The notes under the pieces were generated by a model that made no database searches, was not told where the DNA came from, and saw only the letters and a program-made list of their open reading frames with translations. 64,000 bases of DNA. Origin: an uncultured Acidobacteriia bacterium. Lineage in GTDB: Bacteria; Acidobacteriota; Terriglobia; Bryobacterales; Bryobacteraceae. The translations under genes and the position numbers were made by a program. Shown here in pieces: positions 49,490-57,201 of the stretch; the first letter of the stretch is position 1; each line of letters starts with the position of its first letter. The DNA lies in assembly GCA_903875575.1 (NCBI GenBank), contig CAIQWJ010000022.1:1162-65161 (forward strand). The letters are read 5' to 3'.

Positions 49490-49720
49490 ATGGGAACCCA
49501 GTCATATCAGGCCCTTGTCAGTCTTGCATCCGGCTACGTGGATCGGTCCAAGGTCGTTGAGGTACTGTCGCGTCAACTGGCCACGTGCAAGCTGGATGCA
49601 AATACTCTGTCGTCGACCGAGGTTCGTGGTGCCGCTTCCCGGTTGTCGACCGTATTCAGTCTTTACATTACCGACGAAGGCAAACGAACGGAACTGAAGA
49701 ATAAACTAAACACGTTTTGA
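49490..49720 (+). CDS. hypothetical 76-aa protein coupled to the sensor-like gene
   Basis: Starts 15 nt after the upstream stop, with AGGGGA 6 nt upstream of the ATG. No family recognised. Confidence 0.4.
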   Translation: MGTQSYQALVSLASGYVDRSKVVEVLSRQLATCKLDANTLSSTEVRGAASRLSTVFSLYITDEGKRTELKNKLNTF

Positions 49721-49727
49721 AGCCGGC

Positions 49728-49801
49728 ATCTTGCGATGCTCTATCGTCCAGCGAGCCTCTTCCGATGCTCTATCGTCCAGCGAGCATCTTGCGATGCTCT
49801 T
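49728..49801. repeat. 29-bp tandem repeat, about 2.5 copies
   Basis: Unit 1 (49728-49756) is atcttgcgatgctctatcgtccagcgagc. Unit 2 (49757-49785) is ctcttccgatgctctatcgtccagcgagc. Unit 3 (49786-49801) is a partial atcttgcgatgctctt. Each unit carries a gcatc-ttgc-gatgc mini-hairpin. Units 2-3 include the last codons and stop of the CoA-binding gene. Confidence 0.85.
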
Positions 49802-50171
49802 TCAAAATACACCTGTCCATCACCACTTCGAGGCCGGCGGCCCGCGCCTTCGCGGCCGCTTCCTCGTGGACCACACCTTCCTGCATCCAGATGCACTTCG
49901 CGCCAATGCGAATCGCCGCGTCCACAATTTCAGGCACAAACTCGGAGCGTCGGAAAATATCGACAATATCCACCGGATCGGGAACCTCGTCCAGCGTGGC
50001 GTAAGCCTTTTCGCCCAGAACTTCCGTCTCGATGGGGTTCACGGGGATAATCCGATACCCAACAGACTGCATGTATTCGGAGACGCCGTAACTCGGTCGC
50101 GAATGCCGGTTCGACAGCCCGACCACCGCAATCGTCTTAGCGTTTCTTAGGAGCTGGTCGTTTACTTTCAT
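49770..50171 (-). CDS. CoA-binding domain protein (YccU-like)
   Basis: AKTIAVVGLSNRHSRPSYGV...YRIIPVNP...VDIVDIFRRSEFVPEIV is a CoA_binding_2-type Rossmann fold. Confidence 0.8.
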   Translation of the reverse strand: MKVNDQLLRNAKTIAVVGLSNRHSRPSYGVSEYMQSVGYRIIPVNPIETEVLGEKAYATLDEVPDPVDIVDIFRRSEFVPEIVDAAIRIGAKCIWMQEGVVHEEAAAKARAAGLEVVMDRCILKEHRKMLAGR

Positions 50172-50895
50172 CGCCTTTTGCCGCCAGTCGCATCAGCTTC
50201 GTCACTTCTTCCGGCGACAGATAGCGGAATTGACCCTTTTCGAGGGGCCCCAGTTCTACGTTGCCGATCCTGACGCGCCGCAGTTTCTCCACCAGCCGTC
50301 CGAAATGCTTGAACATGATGCGGATCTGCTGGTTGCGGCCTTCAATCAGTTTGACTTCGTACCAGGGATTGTCTCCGCGCCGAATCATCTTGAGCGACGC
50401 CGGAGCCGTACGCCGTCCACTCAGCGGCACGCCGGTGCGGAAACGTTCTTCGTCTTCTTCACTGAGCGCTCCATTGACCTTCACCAGATACGTCTTGGGG
50501 ACGTGACTTTTGGCCGCTGTGATCGCATTCGCGAAGTCACCATCATTGGTGAGCAGGATCAGGCCGTCGCTGTGGTAATCCAGACGCCCGACCGGGTAGA
50601 CGCGTTCTTTCACGCCGTGCAGCAGGTCGAGTACGGTGGTTCGCCGCTGCGGGTCGCTCGCCGTACTGACCACGCAATCGGGCTTGTAGAGCGCGATGTA
50701 AACGTGGCGCGTCGCCTGGCGGATGAGCTTGCCATCCACTTTGATATGGTCGCGCTCGATATCGGCTTTGGTGCCGAGTTCGGTGATGATTTTCCCGTTG
50801 ACCGCCACCCGGCCTTCCAGGATCAGTTGCTCCGCCTTGCGGCGGGACGTGATGCCCGCGCCGGACAGGATCTTTTGTAATCGTTCTTCGGGCAC
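50137..50895 (-). CDS. rluB: rRNA pseudouridine synthase (RsuA/RluB family)
   Basis: N-terminal S4 domain (RLQKILSGAGITSRRKAEQLILEGRVAVNG). Catalytic motif VYPVGRLDYHSDGLILLTNDG. Confidence 0.85.
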   Translation of the reverse strand: MPEERLQKILSGAGITSRRKAEQLILEGRVAVNGKIITELGTKADIERDHIKVDGKLIRQATRHVYIALYKPDCVVSTASDPQRRTTVLDLLHGVKERVYPVGRLDYHSDGLILLTNDGDFANAITAAKSHVPKTYLVKVNGALSEEDEERFRTGVPLSGRRTAPASLKMIRRGDNPWYEVKLIEGRNQQIRIMFKHFGRLVEKLRRVRIGNVELGPLEKGQFRYLSPEEVTKLMRLAAKGDESKRPAPKKR

Positions 50896-52028
50896 TATTG
50901 TTGTTCCGCTTCCGCGTGGGTAACTGCTGCTTCAGGTGTCGCGCTGGCGGCGGACGGCGCTTCGGGTTCGGTTTCTGGTGGGGCGGCTTCAGCGGCGGCA
51001 TTGGGGACTTCAGGCGCCTCCGATGTTTCGGCCGCGTCGGAAGCCGTTCCGGCCTCGGATGCTTCGGTCCCGCCGTTTTCTGCCTCGGATGTTTCGGCTA
51101 CTTCGGACCGCGCTTCGGTTTCGGTGGTTTCGGCTTCGGCGTCTTCGGTGCCATCCAGATCCGCGTGTACCGGCATTTCGATCAGATTGGCCTGCACAGG
51201 GCCTTCCGGTTCTCCGCCAGCCAGGCTGCCGATCTCCTGGAACTCCTTCATGGTCGGCAACTCCTGAAGATTCTTCAGGCCGAACTGAACCAGGAATTCC
51301 TTCGTTGTCTTGTACAGGATGGGTTTACCCACCACCTGCTTGCGACCGGCCGCAGCGATGAGCTTGCGGTCGAGCAGCGTTTTCAGTACGCCCGCGCCCT
51401 GCACGCCGCGGATGTCCATAATCTCCGGGGCTGTAATGGGCTGCTTGTATGCGATCACCGCGAGAGTCTCCAGCGCCGGCAGCGAGAGCTTCATGGGCGG
51501 ATTCAGGTTCTTGACGAAACGCCGGACAGCCTCATGGTGTTCGGCCTTGGTGGTCATGCGGAAACCACCGGCGATTTCCCGGATGCTGAGGCCGCGTTCG
51601 GGCCGGTCGTATTCGGTGCAGAGCTGCTCCAGCAACTGGGCGATGCGTTCTCGCGGCTGCTCCGTTGCTTCGGAGATCTGGTCGAGGGTCAGGGGTTCAT
51701 CGGTGACGTAAATGATGGCTTCGAGCACGGCCAGCAATTGGGCGTCGGCCACGGGGACGGGCGCGTCGGTCGGTTCGGATGTCTCGTCGCCCAGAATGTC
51801 GTCAGCCGACAAACTTACGGCGATGACTTCGCCTTCCGGGTTGTCGGCGGCTTCCCCGTCAACCGCGCTTTCCGCCGGTACTTCCGGCTGCACTTCTTCC
51901 GTGGCTTCCGGCGCGGCTTCCGCTGAGGTGTTCTCCCCGGCTTCCGCGGACGCCACGTTCTCGTTCTCGACTTCGGGGCTTGCTGATTCCGGTGACTCCA
52001 CCGGCTGTTCTATCTCGGATTGCGACAT
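50895..52028 (-). CDS. scpB: segregation and condensation protein B with long acidic N- and C-terminal tails
   Basis: Core LLAVLEAIIYVTDEPLTLDQI...LSLPALETLAVIAYKQPITAPEIMDIRGV...LLDRKLI. Flanked by ~100 aa of E/A/T/S low complexity on each side. Confidence 0.85.
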   Translation of the reverse strand: MSQSEIEQPVESPESASPEVENENVASAEAGENTSAEAAPEATEEVQPEVPAESAVDGEAADNPEGEVIAVSLSADDILGDETSEPTDAPVPVADAQLLAVLEAIIYVTDEPLTLDQISEATEQPRERIAQLLEQLCTEYDRPERGLSIREIAGGFRMTTKAEHHEAVRRFVKNLNPPMKLSLPALETLAVIAYKQPITAPEIMDIRGVQGAGVLKTLLDRKLIAAAGRKQVVGKPILYKTTKEFLVQFGLKNLQELPTMKEFQEIGSLAGGEPEGPVQANLIEMPVHADLDGTEDAEAETTETEARSEVAETSEAENGGTEASEAGTASDAAETSEAPEVPNAAAEAAPPETEPEAPSAASATPEAAVTHAEAEQQ

Positions 52029-52092
52029 GAGCTCGACTTAGATTCCCCTGTTTTCAATACCGTCATCGCGACGGGTAACCGCTATTACTTAA

Positions 52093-52890
52093 TTACTTAT
52101 AATCCTCTTCCAGCGCGATCACGGGCTGCTGGAAGGCTTCTTCAAAACGTTCGCCCTTACCCAGGGCAATCTCGCCAAACAAATCCCGCTGCAGGATCAT
52201 CACCGCCTGCATCTTCACCATTTCCAGCACGGCGAGGAAAAGGCAGATCATGGCCCGGCGCGTGCGCTGCTGTTCCATCACCTGGAGGATAAACACCGGC
52301 CGATCCTTCTTCGATTCCCGCAGCAACGTCCGCAGATGCGCCACCATGTCGCTGACCGAGACCGATTCGTCGTTGATCTCATAGATCGGGCGGCTTTGCA
52401 GGCGCTCCATCACCTGGCTCATCGCCTTCACCAGATCGAACATGTCGACCGCCAGACCGGGATCCTCAATCTCAGCCGCGAACTGCTTCATCTGGGGGTT
52501 CGACCAGACGTTTTCCTCGATGATCCGCTTCTGTTGCAGCATTTCTGCCGCGTTCTTGTAGCGCTCGTGTTCCAGGAGCCGTTCCACCAGCTCTTCGCGG
52601 GGATCTTCGTCACCGGTTTCACCCTCTTTGCGCAGGGCGGGGTCTACCGGCAGCAGCATTCGCGACTTGATGTGGATCAGCGTGGCCGCCATGAAGACGA
52701 ATTCGGCGCTGATATCGAGATCCATCTCCCGCGCCTTCAGGATGAAACCCAGATATTGCGCGGTGATGCTGGCGATCGGAATATCGCGGATGTCGATCTG
52801 CTGCTTGCGAATGAGATCGAGCAGAAGATCGAGCGGTCCCTCGTAGTGTTCGAGGTGGAAACTGAGCGGCTGTGACGACACTGTGGACAA
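52093..52890 (-). CDS. scpA: segregation and condensation protein A
   Basis: FHLEHYEGPLDLLLDLIRKQQIDIRDIPIASIT is the ScpA/kleisin N-terminus. Lies upstream of scpB. Confidence 0.85.
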   Translation of the reverse strand: MSTVSSQPLSFHLEHYEGPLDLLLDLIRKQQIDIRDIPIASITAQYLGFILKAREMDLDISAEFVFMAATLIHIKSRMLLPVDPALRKEGETGDEDPREELVERLLEHERYKNAAEMLQQKRIIEENVWSNPQMKQFAAEIEDPGLAVDMFDLVKAMSQVMERLQSRPIYEINDESVSVSDMVAHLRTLLRESKKDRPVFILQVMEQQRTRRAMICLFLAVLEMVKMQAVMILQRDLFGEIALGKGERFEEAFQQPVIALEEDYK

Positions 52891-52944
52891 TCTCTTATTG
52901 TACGGGATCTGGGACGCGCGCTTCGTTCGCGCTTTCGTCCGCGA

Positions 52945-53742
52945 CTATCGTGTCGCCATTTCGTTCACCAGCAGTCCCATTTTCGGGTGGCTGGGCTCGA
53001 AATCGGCCTGCAGCCCGTATTCTTCGACAGTCTCCGTGGTTGTGGGCCCGATGGACCCGATCCGCGCCTTCCGCAACCCTTCCAGCGCCCCTGGCCCGAT
53101 GCCGTCCTGTTCCGCGATCCGCATCAGGTTGATCAACTGCATCGACGTAGTCAGCAGCACCACGTCGAACTCCCCGCGCGCCAGTTTCGCCGCCGCCTCA
53201 CGCAGCGGACCCAGGTCCTCCGGCAGATCCCAGCCGTAAATCCGCACTGGCGAGACCTCACGCCCCTGCGCGCGAAGACCTTCGATCAGCGTGGCATTGG
53301 ATTTGCCGTATTCCTGGAGTGCGACCCGTTTCTCGCCTCTGGACGCCATCGTCTCCAGTAGTTCGCGCCAGGTGTTGGGCTCGGGGACCTGGACCTGCGC
53401 CACCAGACCGAGTTCGCGGATGGCGGCTGAAGGCTTAGGTCCACGGACAATGATGGTGGTGCGGCCCAATGCGGCTTTAAGGTCTTCTTCGGAGAATCGC
53501 GTCAGCAGCGTTTTCCAGAGCAGACGCATTCCCACGCCCGTGAGAAGGATCACGCCATCGAAGGCACCCGCCAGCAGTTGCTCTCCGAATGCGAAGGCTT
53601 CCTCATGCCGCTCAAGCTCCACTTCGCGCATGGACGGCGCGGCGAACGGCTCGCCACCCTGTTTGCGGATCAGCGTCGCCATTTCGGCCGCGCGGCGGCT
53701 TTCGAGCGAGAGTATGCGGGCACCAGCAAAGGCCATGGCCAA
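52945..53742 (-). CDS. hemD: uroporphyrinogen-III synthase
   Basis: HEM4-type two-lobe pattern (ILSLESRRAAEMATLIRKQGGEP...VLLTGVG...DVVLLTTSMQ). Length is typical. Confidence 0.7.
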   Translation of the reverse strand: MAMAFAGARILSLESRRAAEMATLIRKQGGEPFAAPSMREVELERHEEAFAFGEQLLAGAFDGVILLTGVGMRLLWKTLLTRFSEEDLKAALGRTTIIVRGPKPSAAIRELGLVAQVQVPEPNTWRELLETMASRGEKRVALQEYGKSNATLIEGLRAQGREVSPVRIYGWDLPEDLGPLREAAAKLARGEFDVVLLTTSMQLINLMRIAEQDGIGPGALEGLRKARIGSIGPTTTETVEEYGLQADFEPSHPKMGLLVNEMATR

Positions 53743-53825
53743 TTATAGGGTGCGCCACGGAGACCACGCGCATTCTGAGGCTGGGAGGCAGCGTAGCCTC
53801 CATTGAATGGGCGAAATGTTGGGAA

Positions 53826-53902
53826 TGGTGGGCGCGCAGGGATTCGAACCCCGGACCCCCTCGGTGTAAACGAGGTGCTCTAACCAGCTGAGCTACGCGC
53901 CC
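53826..53902 (-). tRNA. tRNA-Val (anticodon TAC), CCA encoded
   Basis: The reverse complement folds by hand as a cloverleaf. Acceptor GGGCGCG/CGCGCCC, D-stem GCTC/GAGC, anticodon stem CCTCG/CGAGG with loop TTTACAC, T-arm CGGGG-TTCGAAT-CCCTG, discriminator A, then CCA. Confidence 0.9.
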
Positions 53903-53962
53903 ATTCCTTTCAGTTTAGCGTGAAGGTATTCGCAGGCGGATTTGTCGCGCTTCGGTGTCCAA

Positions 53963-54712
53963 TCAGAGACCTGCGAAGAAATCGTAGCCTCGTTCGCGCC
54001 AGTAATCCGGTGGCTCCGTTTCACTGTAGGCGATGCGTCCGATGCGCTTGATGTTCTTGATTCCATACTTCACGGGGATCACCAGACGCAGCGGCGCGCC
54101 GTGCTCGTCCGCCAGATCCTCACCGTTCATTTCGTATGCGAGCAGAGTCTGGGGATGCAGGGCGCTGGGCATATCGAGGCCCACATAGTAGCCGCCATCG
54201 GGAGTGGCCATGGCCACGTAGCCGGCCTTTTCGGAGCCGGGCGCAAACTTCGCGGTGAAATCGGAAAAGCGGGCGCCGGCGAATTGCGTCACGGTGCTCC
54301 AGCCTTCCACGCATTTGAAGTCGATGGTCTCTTCGTGACGCGGGAGCGATTTGAGATCGTCAATGGCGAGTGTGACGGGAAGGCCGCCGCCGCGGGGCAT
54401 GACGAGCATGCTCCAGTCGTCGGCATCGAAATCGTCGGGCAGGCCGAAATCGCCATTCTCCTTGAGTTCGCCGATGGCCGAAGCGGGATAGGTTTTGACG
54501 AGGTGGCTGTCGCTGAAGAGTGCGCCACGCACTATCCGTTCATTGAAACGCAGGGCGCTGCGAAGGGGAGCCGGGATATCGCCACTGCGTTCGTAACCGG
54601 AATTCAGCCACTGCCAGCCGCCAGCGGCGACCACGGCACCGGCGCCGAGTGCCATGAAGCCGCGGCGCGTGCGGCGGGACATCTCCTGTTCGGGCGTCAG
54701 GTTATTTGGCAT
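53963..54712 (-). CDS. molybdopterin-dependent oxidoreductase (sulfite-oxidase/YedY-like), Tat signal
   Basis: SRRTRRGFMALGAGAVVAAG twin-arginine signal. CVEGWS... and GAPLRLVIPVKYGIKNIKRIGRI are typical of the Moco oxidoreductase fold. Confidence 0.75.
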   Translation of the reverse strand: MPNNLTPEQEMSRRTRRGFMALGAGAVVAAGGWQWLNSGYERSGDIPAPLRSALRFNERIVRGALFSDSHLVKTYPASAIGELKENGDFGLPDDFDADDWSMLVMPRGGGLPVTLAIDDLKSLPRHEETIDFKCVEGWSTVTQFAGARFSDFTAKFAPGSEKAGYVAMATPDGGYYVGLDMPSALHPQTLLAYEMNGEDLADEHGAPLRLVIPVKYGIKNIKRIGRIAYSETEPPDYWRERGYDFFAGL

Positions 54713-55388
54713 GGGCGGCCTCCTTGCTTTCGGTGGAGGATTCGACGAGATCGTACCCCGTCACCATGGAACGGAAGTTGGCCCAACCGGCGCGAACGAC
54801 CTGTCCGATATGGATGACGAAGAAACCGACGTAGCCCATGGTGAGCCAGAAGTGTTCGAAGCGCGCCCACTCGTAGCCGCCAACGGCCGCGGTAAGCCAG
54901 TGGAGTTGGGCGGGCTTGTAGATGGCAAGACCGGTGATCAGGCTCAGGCCGCCCATGAAAACGATGGCGGAGTAGCTGATCCGCTGCGCCGCATTGTAAC
55001 GGCCCTGCGGGGGGAGCGGGACCTTGAAGCCCATATCGTGCAGAGCGACCATGGCGGCTTCGCGGAAGGATTTCGGTTCGGGGACGAGTTCACGCCACTC
55101 GCCGGAGACCACGGTGTAGATGAAGTAGGCGATGCCGTTCAGCGCGAAGAGCCAGGCGAGCGCGAAGTGTAGTGCCATGCCGCGCGCGAGTTGTGCATTG
55201 ATGCCGGTGAGGTTGTAGAACCAATCGGGGAAAAAGTGGAAGAGTGTGGTGCCGCCGAAGCCGACGCGGTAGGGATCGTAAGCCCAGTAGATCAGCATGC
55301 CGCTGAAAATCATGGCGGAGAGCACGGGGAAATTGACCCAGTGACACCAGCGGGTGGCGAACCGGTGTTTTTCTTCGAGAGTCTTCAT
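54702..55388 (-). CDS. cytochrome b (Ni/Fe-hydrogenase b-type cytochrome family) membrane subunit
   Basis: RWCHWVNFPVLSAMIFSGMLIYW plus about four TM helices with conserved His positions. 11-nt overlap with the downstream Moco gene. Confidence 0.7.
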   Translation of the reverse strand: MKTLEEKHRFATRWCHWVNFPVLSAMIFSGMLIYWAYDPYRVGFGGTTLFHFFPDWFYNLTGINAQLARGMALHFALAWLFALNGIAYFIYTVVSGEWRELVPEPKSFREAAMVALHDMGFKVPLPPQGRYNAAQRISYSAIVFMGGLSLITGLAIYKPAQLHWLTAAVGGYEWARFEHFWLTMGYVGFFVIHIGQVVRAGWANFRSMVTGYDLVESSTESKEAAHAK

Positions 55389-55435
55389 TACCAGTTCTTT
55401 CGCATGTCGGCTCTGTCTGGTTATTGTACGCCCAA

Positions 55436-56458
55436 TTATTTTTGCAGTTGTGACGCTTCGGCGTCAAAGCCGACGTACTGGACCTCTTCTTCGAGGTCGA
55501 TGCCGAAGCGCATGGCAACCCGGCGTTTCAGGTCTCGTATCAGGAAGACCAGATCTTTCGCGGTGCCTTCGCCGTTGTTGAAGATGAGGTTGGCGTGGTA
55601 ATCGGCCACTTCGAGGTCGCCCCGTTTCATTCCTTTGGCACCGATTTGTTCCAGGAACCAGGCGGAGGGCACCTTGCCTTCGATCACGACGCCCGGGGGC
55701 AGGGAAGCCGCGACGGGTCTTGGCAATTCGGCCAGGATGAGATTCTTGAAAATGCTGCCGGCGCAGCGCATGGAGGGCGGATATTTGCGCGTGCGAGTGG
55801 AGAGAATGCGTGCCGAAGTCTCGCGGAGCGTCACGGCGTTGCCCGTTTCCATGTCGAGGGTGGCGGAAAGAATGATCCAGTCTTTTTTCTTCTTGAAGAT
55901 GCTGTCGCGATAGCGGAACTCGCACTCCGCACGGCTGAACTCGCGGACTTCATCGCCTTTTTCGCCATCGAGAAAATGAACGGAGAGGATGCGTTCCTGA
56001 ATGGAGTGTCCGTAAGCACCCGCGTTGCCGTAGACTGCGCCGCCCACGGAGCCGGGAATGCCAGTCAGGGTTTCCAGTCCTTTCAGGCCGCGCTGTGCGG
56101 TGAAATTCACCAGCGCCTGAAGCCCAACGCCGCATTCCACTTCGACGCGCAGGCCGAAAGCCCGGAGTCGGCGGCTGCTGAGTTTGAGGCAAACGCCGCG
56201 AAAGCCTTCATCGGCAACGATGAGATTGCTGCCACCGCCGATGACGACGGAGTTAAGGCCGGCCTCGCGGACAGTCTTCAGAGCTTCGGCGAAGCTTTCG
56301 GGGCTGGCTGTTTCGAAGAAGATGTCGGCGGGTCCGCCAATAGCGAAGCGGGTATGTGGAGCCAGCGGTTCGTTGGGAAGAACGGTAACGCCGGTAAGCT
56401 TCGAAAGGCGCTCACAGACCTCCAGTGCGTTATCGGGGGCGGGCGGAACGGGACTCAT
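55436..56458 (-). CDS. murB: UDP-N-acetylenolpyruvoylglucosamine reductase
   Basis: FAD-binding PCMH domain (FAIGGPADIFFE...VIGGGSNLIV). MurB C-terminal domain (GSIFKN...GGLEVADYHANLIFN). Confidence 0.9.
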   Translation of the reverse strand: MSPVPPAPDNALEVCERLSKLTGVTVLPNEPLAPHTRFAIGGPADIFFETASPESFAEALKTVREAGLNSVVIGGGSNLIVADEGFRGVCLKLSSRRLRAFGLRVEVECGVGLQALVNFTAQRGLKGLETLTGIPGSVGGAVYGNAGAYGHSIQERILSVHFLDGEKGDEVREFSRAECEFRYRDSIFKKKKDWIILSATLDMETGNAVTLRETSARILSTRTRKYPPSMRCAGSIFKNLILAELPRPVAASLPPGVVIEGKVPSAWFLEQIGAKGMKRGDLEVADYHANLIFNNGEGTAKDLVFLIRDLKRRVAMRFGIDLEEEVQYVGFDAEASQLQK

Positions 56459-56477
56459 CAGGTCTAATTATAGAGAT

Positions 56478-57188
56478 ATGAAGGCTGCTGCCGGTACATT
56501 CGGGGGATTCCCAGGCGAGGGGATCGCGTTTCTGCGCGATCTGAAGAAGAATAACGATCGCGAATGGTTTACGCCGCGTCTGGATACTTATAAGGAGCAG
56601 GTTCAGGCACCGATGCTCGAACTGGTTCGCGCTGTGCATCTTGCGATGCTGCGATTTGCTCCGGCTTATGTCGGTGAGCCGGCGAAGTGCCTGTATCGGA
56701 TCTATCGGGATACGCGTTTTTCGAAAGACAAGACGCCTTACAAGACTCACGCGGCGGCCGCTTTCTGGCGGACGAATCTCGGCAAGAACGATGGGGCTGG
56801 TTTCTACTTCGCTGTTTCGCCGGAGGAAGTGGCGATCGGCGGTGGCATGTATATGCCGTCGCCGCCGGTGCTGCTGGCTGTGCGGCAGCAGATCGCGGCG
56901 AACGAACGGGAGTTTCGCGCGACGTTCGAAGGGAAGACGGTGCGAAAGCTGCTGGGGGAACTCACCGGAGAGCAGGCTGCGCGCGTGCCGAAAGGTTTTG
57001 CCTCAAGTGATCCGGCGGCGGAACTTCTTCGGTACAGGCGCTTTATCCTTTATCGGACTTTCAGCCCGGAGATGGCAACCACGCCGAAGCTGGTGCGCGA
57101 GATCGTAAGCCGGTTTGAGGCGATGACTCCTTTTGTGGAGTTTCTGGATCGGGCCGTGACGCCGGCCGTGATTGACCGGTGCCGTTAG
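56478..57188 (+). CDS. DUF2461 (TIGR02453) family protein
   Basis: FPGEGIAFLRDLKKNNDREWF...RIYRDTRFSKDKTPYKTH. ATG 56478; the longer track ORF is antisense read-through over murB. Confidence 0.8.
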   Translation: MKAAAGTFGGFPGEGIAFLRDLKKNNDREWFTPRLDTYKEQVQAPMLELVRAVHLAMLRFAPAYVGEPAKCLYRIYRDTRFSKDKTPYKTHAAAAFWRTNLGKNDGAGFYFAVSPEEVAIGGGMYMPSPPVLLAVRQQIAANEREFRATFEGKTVRKLLGELTGEQAARVPKGFASSDPAAELLRYRRFILYRTFSPEMATTPKLVREIVSRFEAMTPFVEFLDRAVTPAVIDRCR

Positions 57189-57201
57189 ATTTTAAGTCGA
57201 C

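Noticed and set aside
49728-49801. Possible CRISPR array, suggested by the ~29-bp direct repeats.
   Set aside because: The repeats are contiguous with no spacers. There are only ~2.5 copies, they overlap a coding 3' end, and no cas genes are present.
53826-53902. tRNA-Val as an integration site for a genomic island.
   Set aside because: There is no integrase and no duplicated tRNA 3' segment. The flanking genes (hemD, scpAB, the Moco oxidoreductase) look like core genes.
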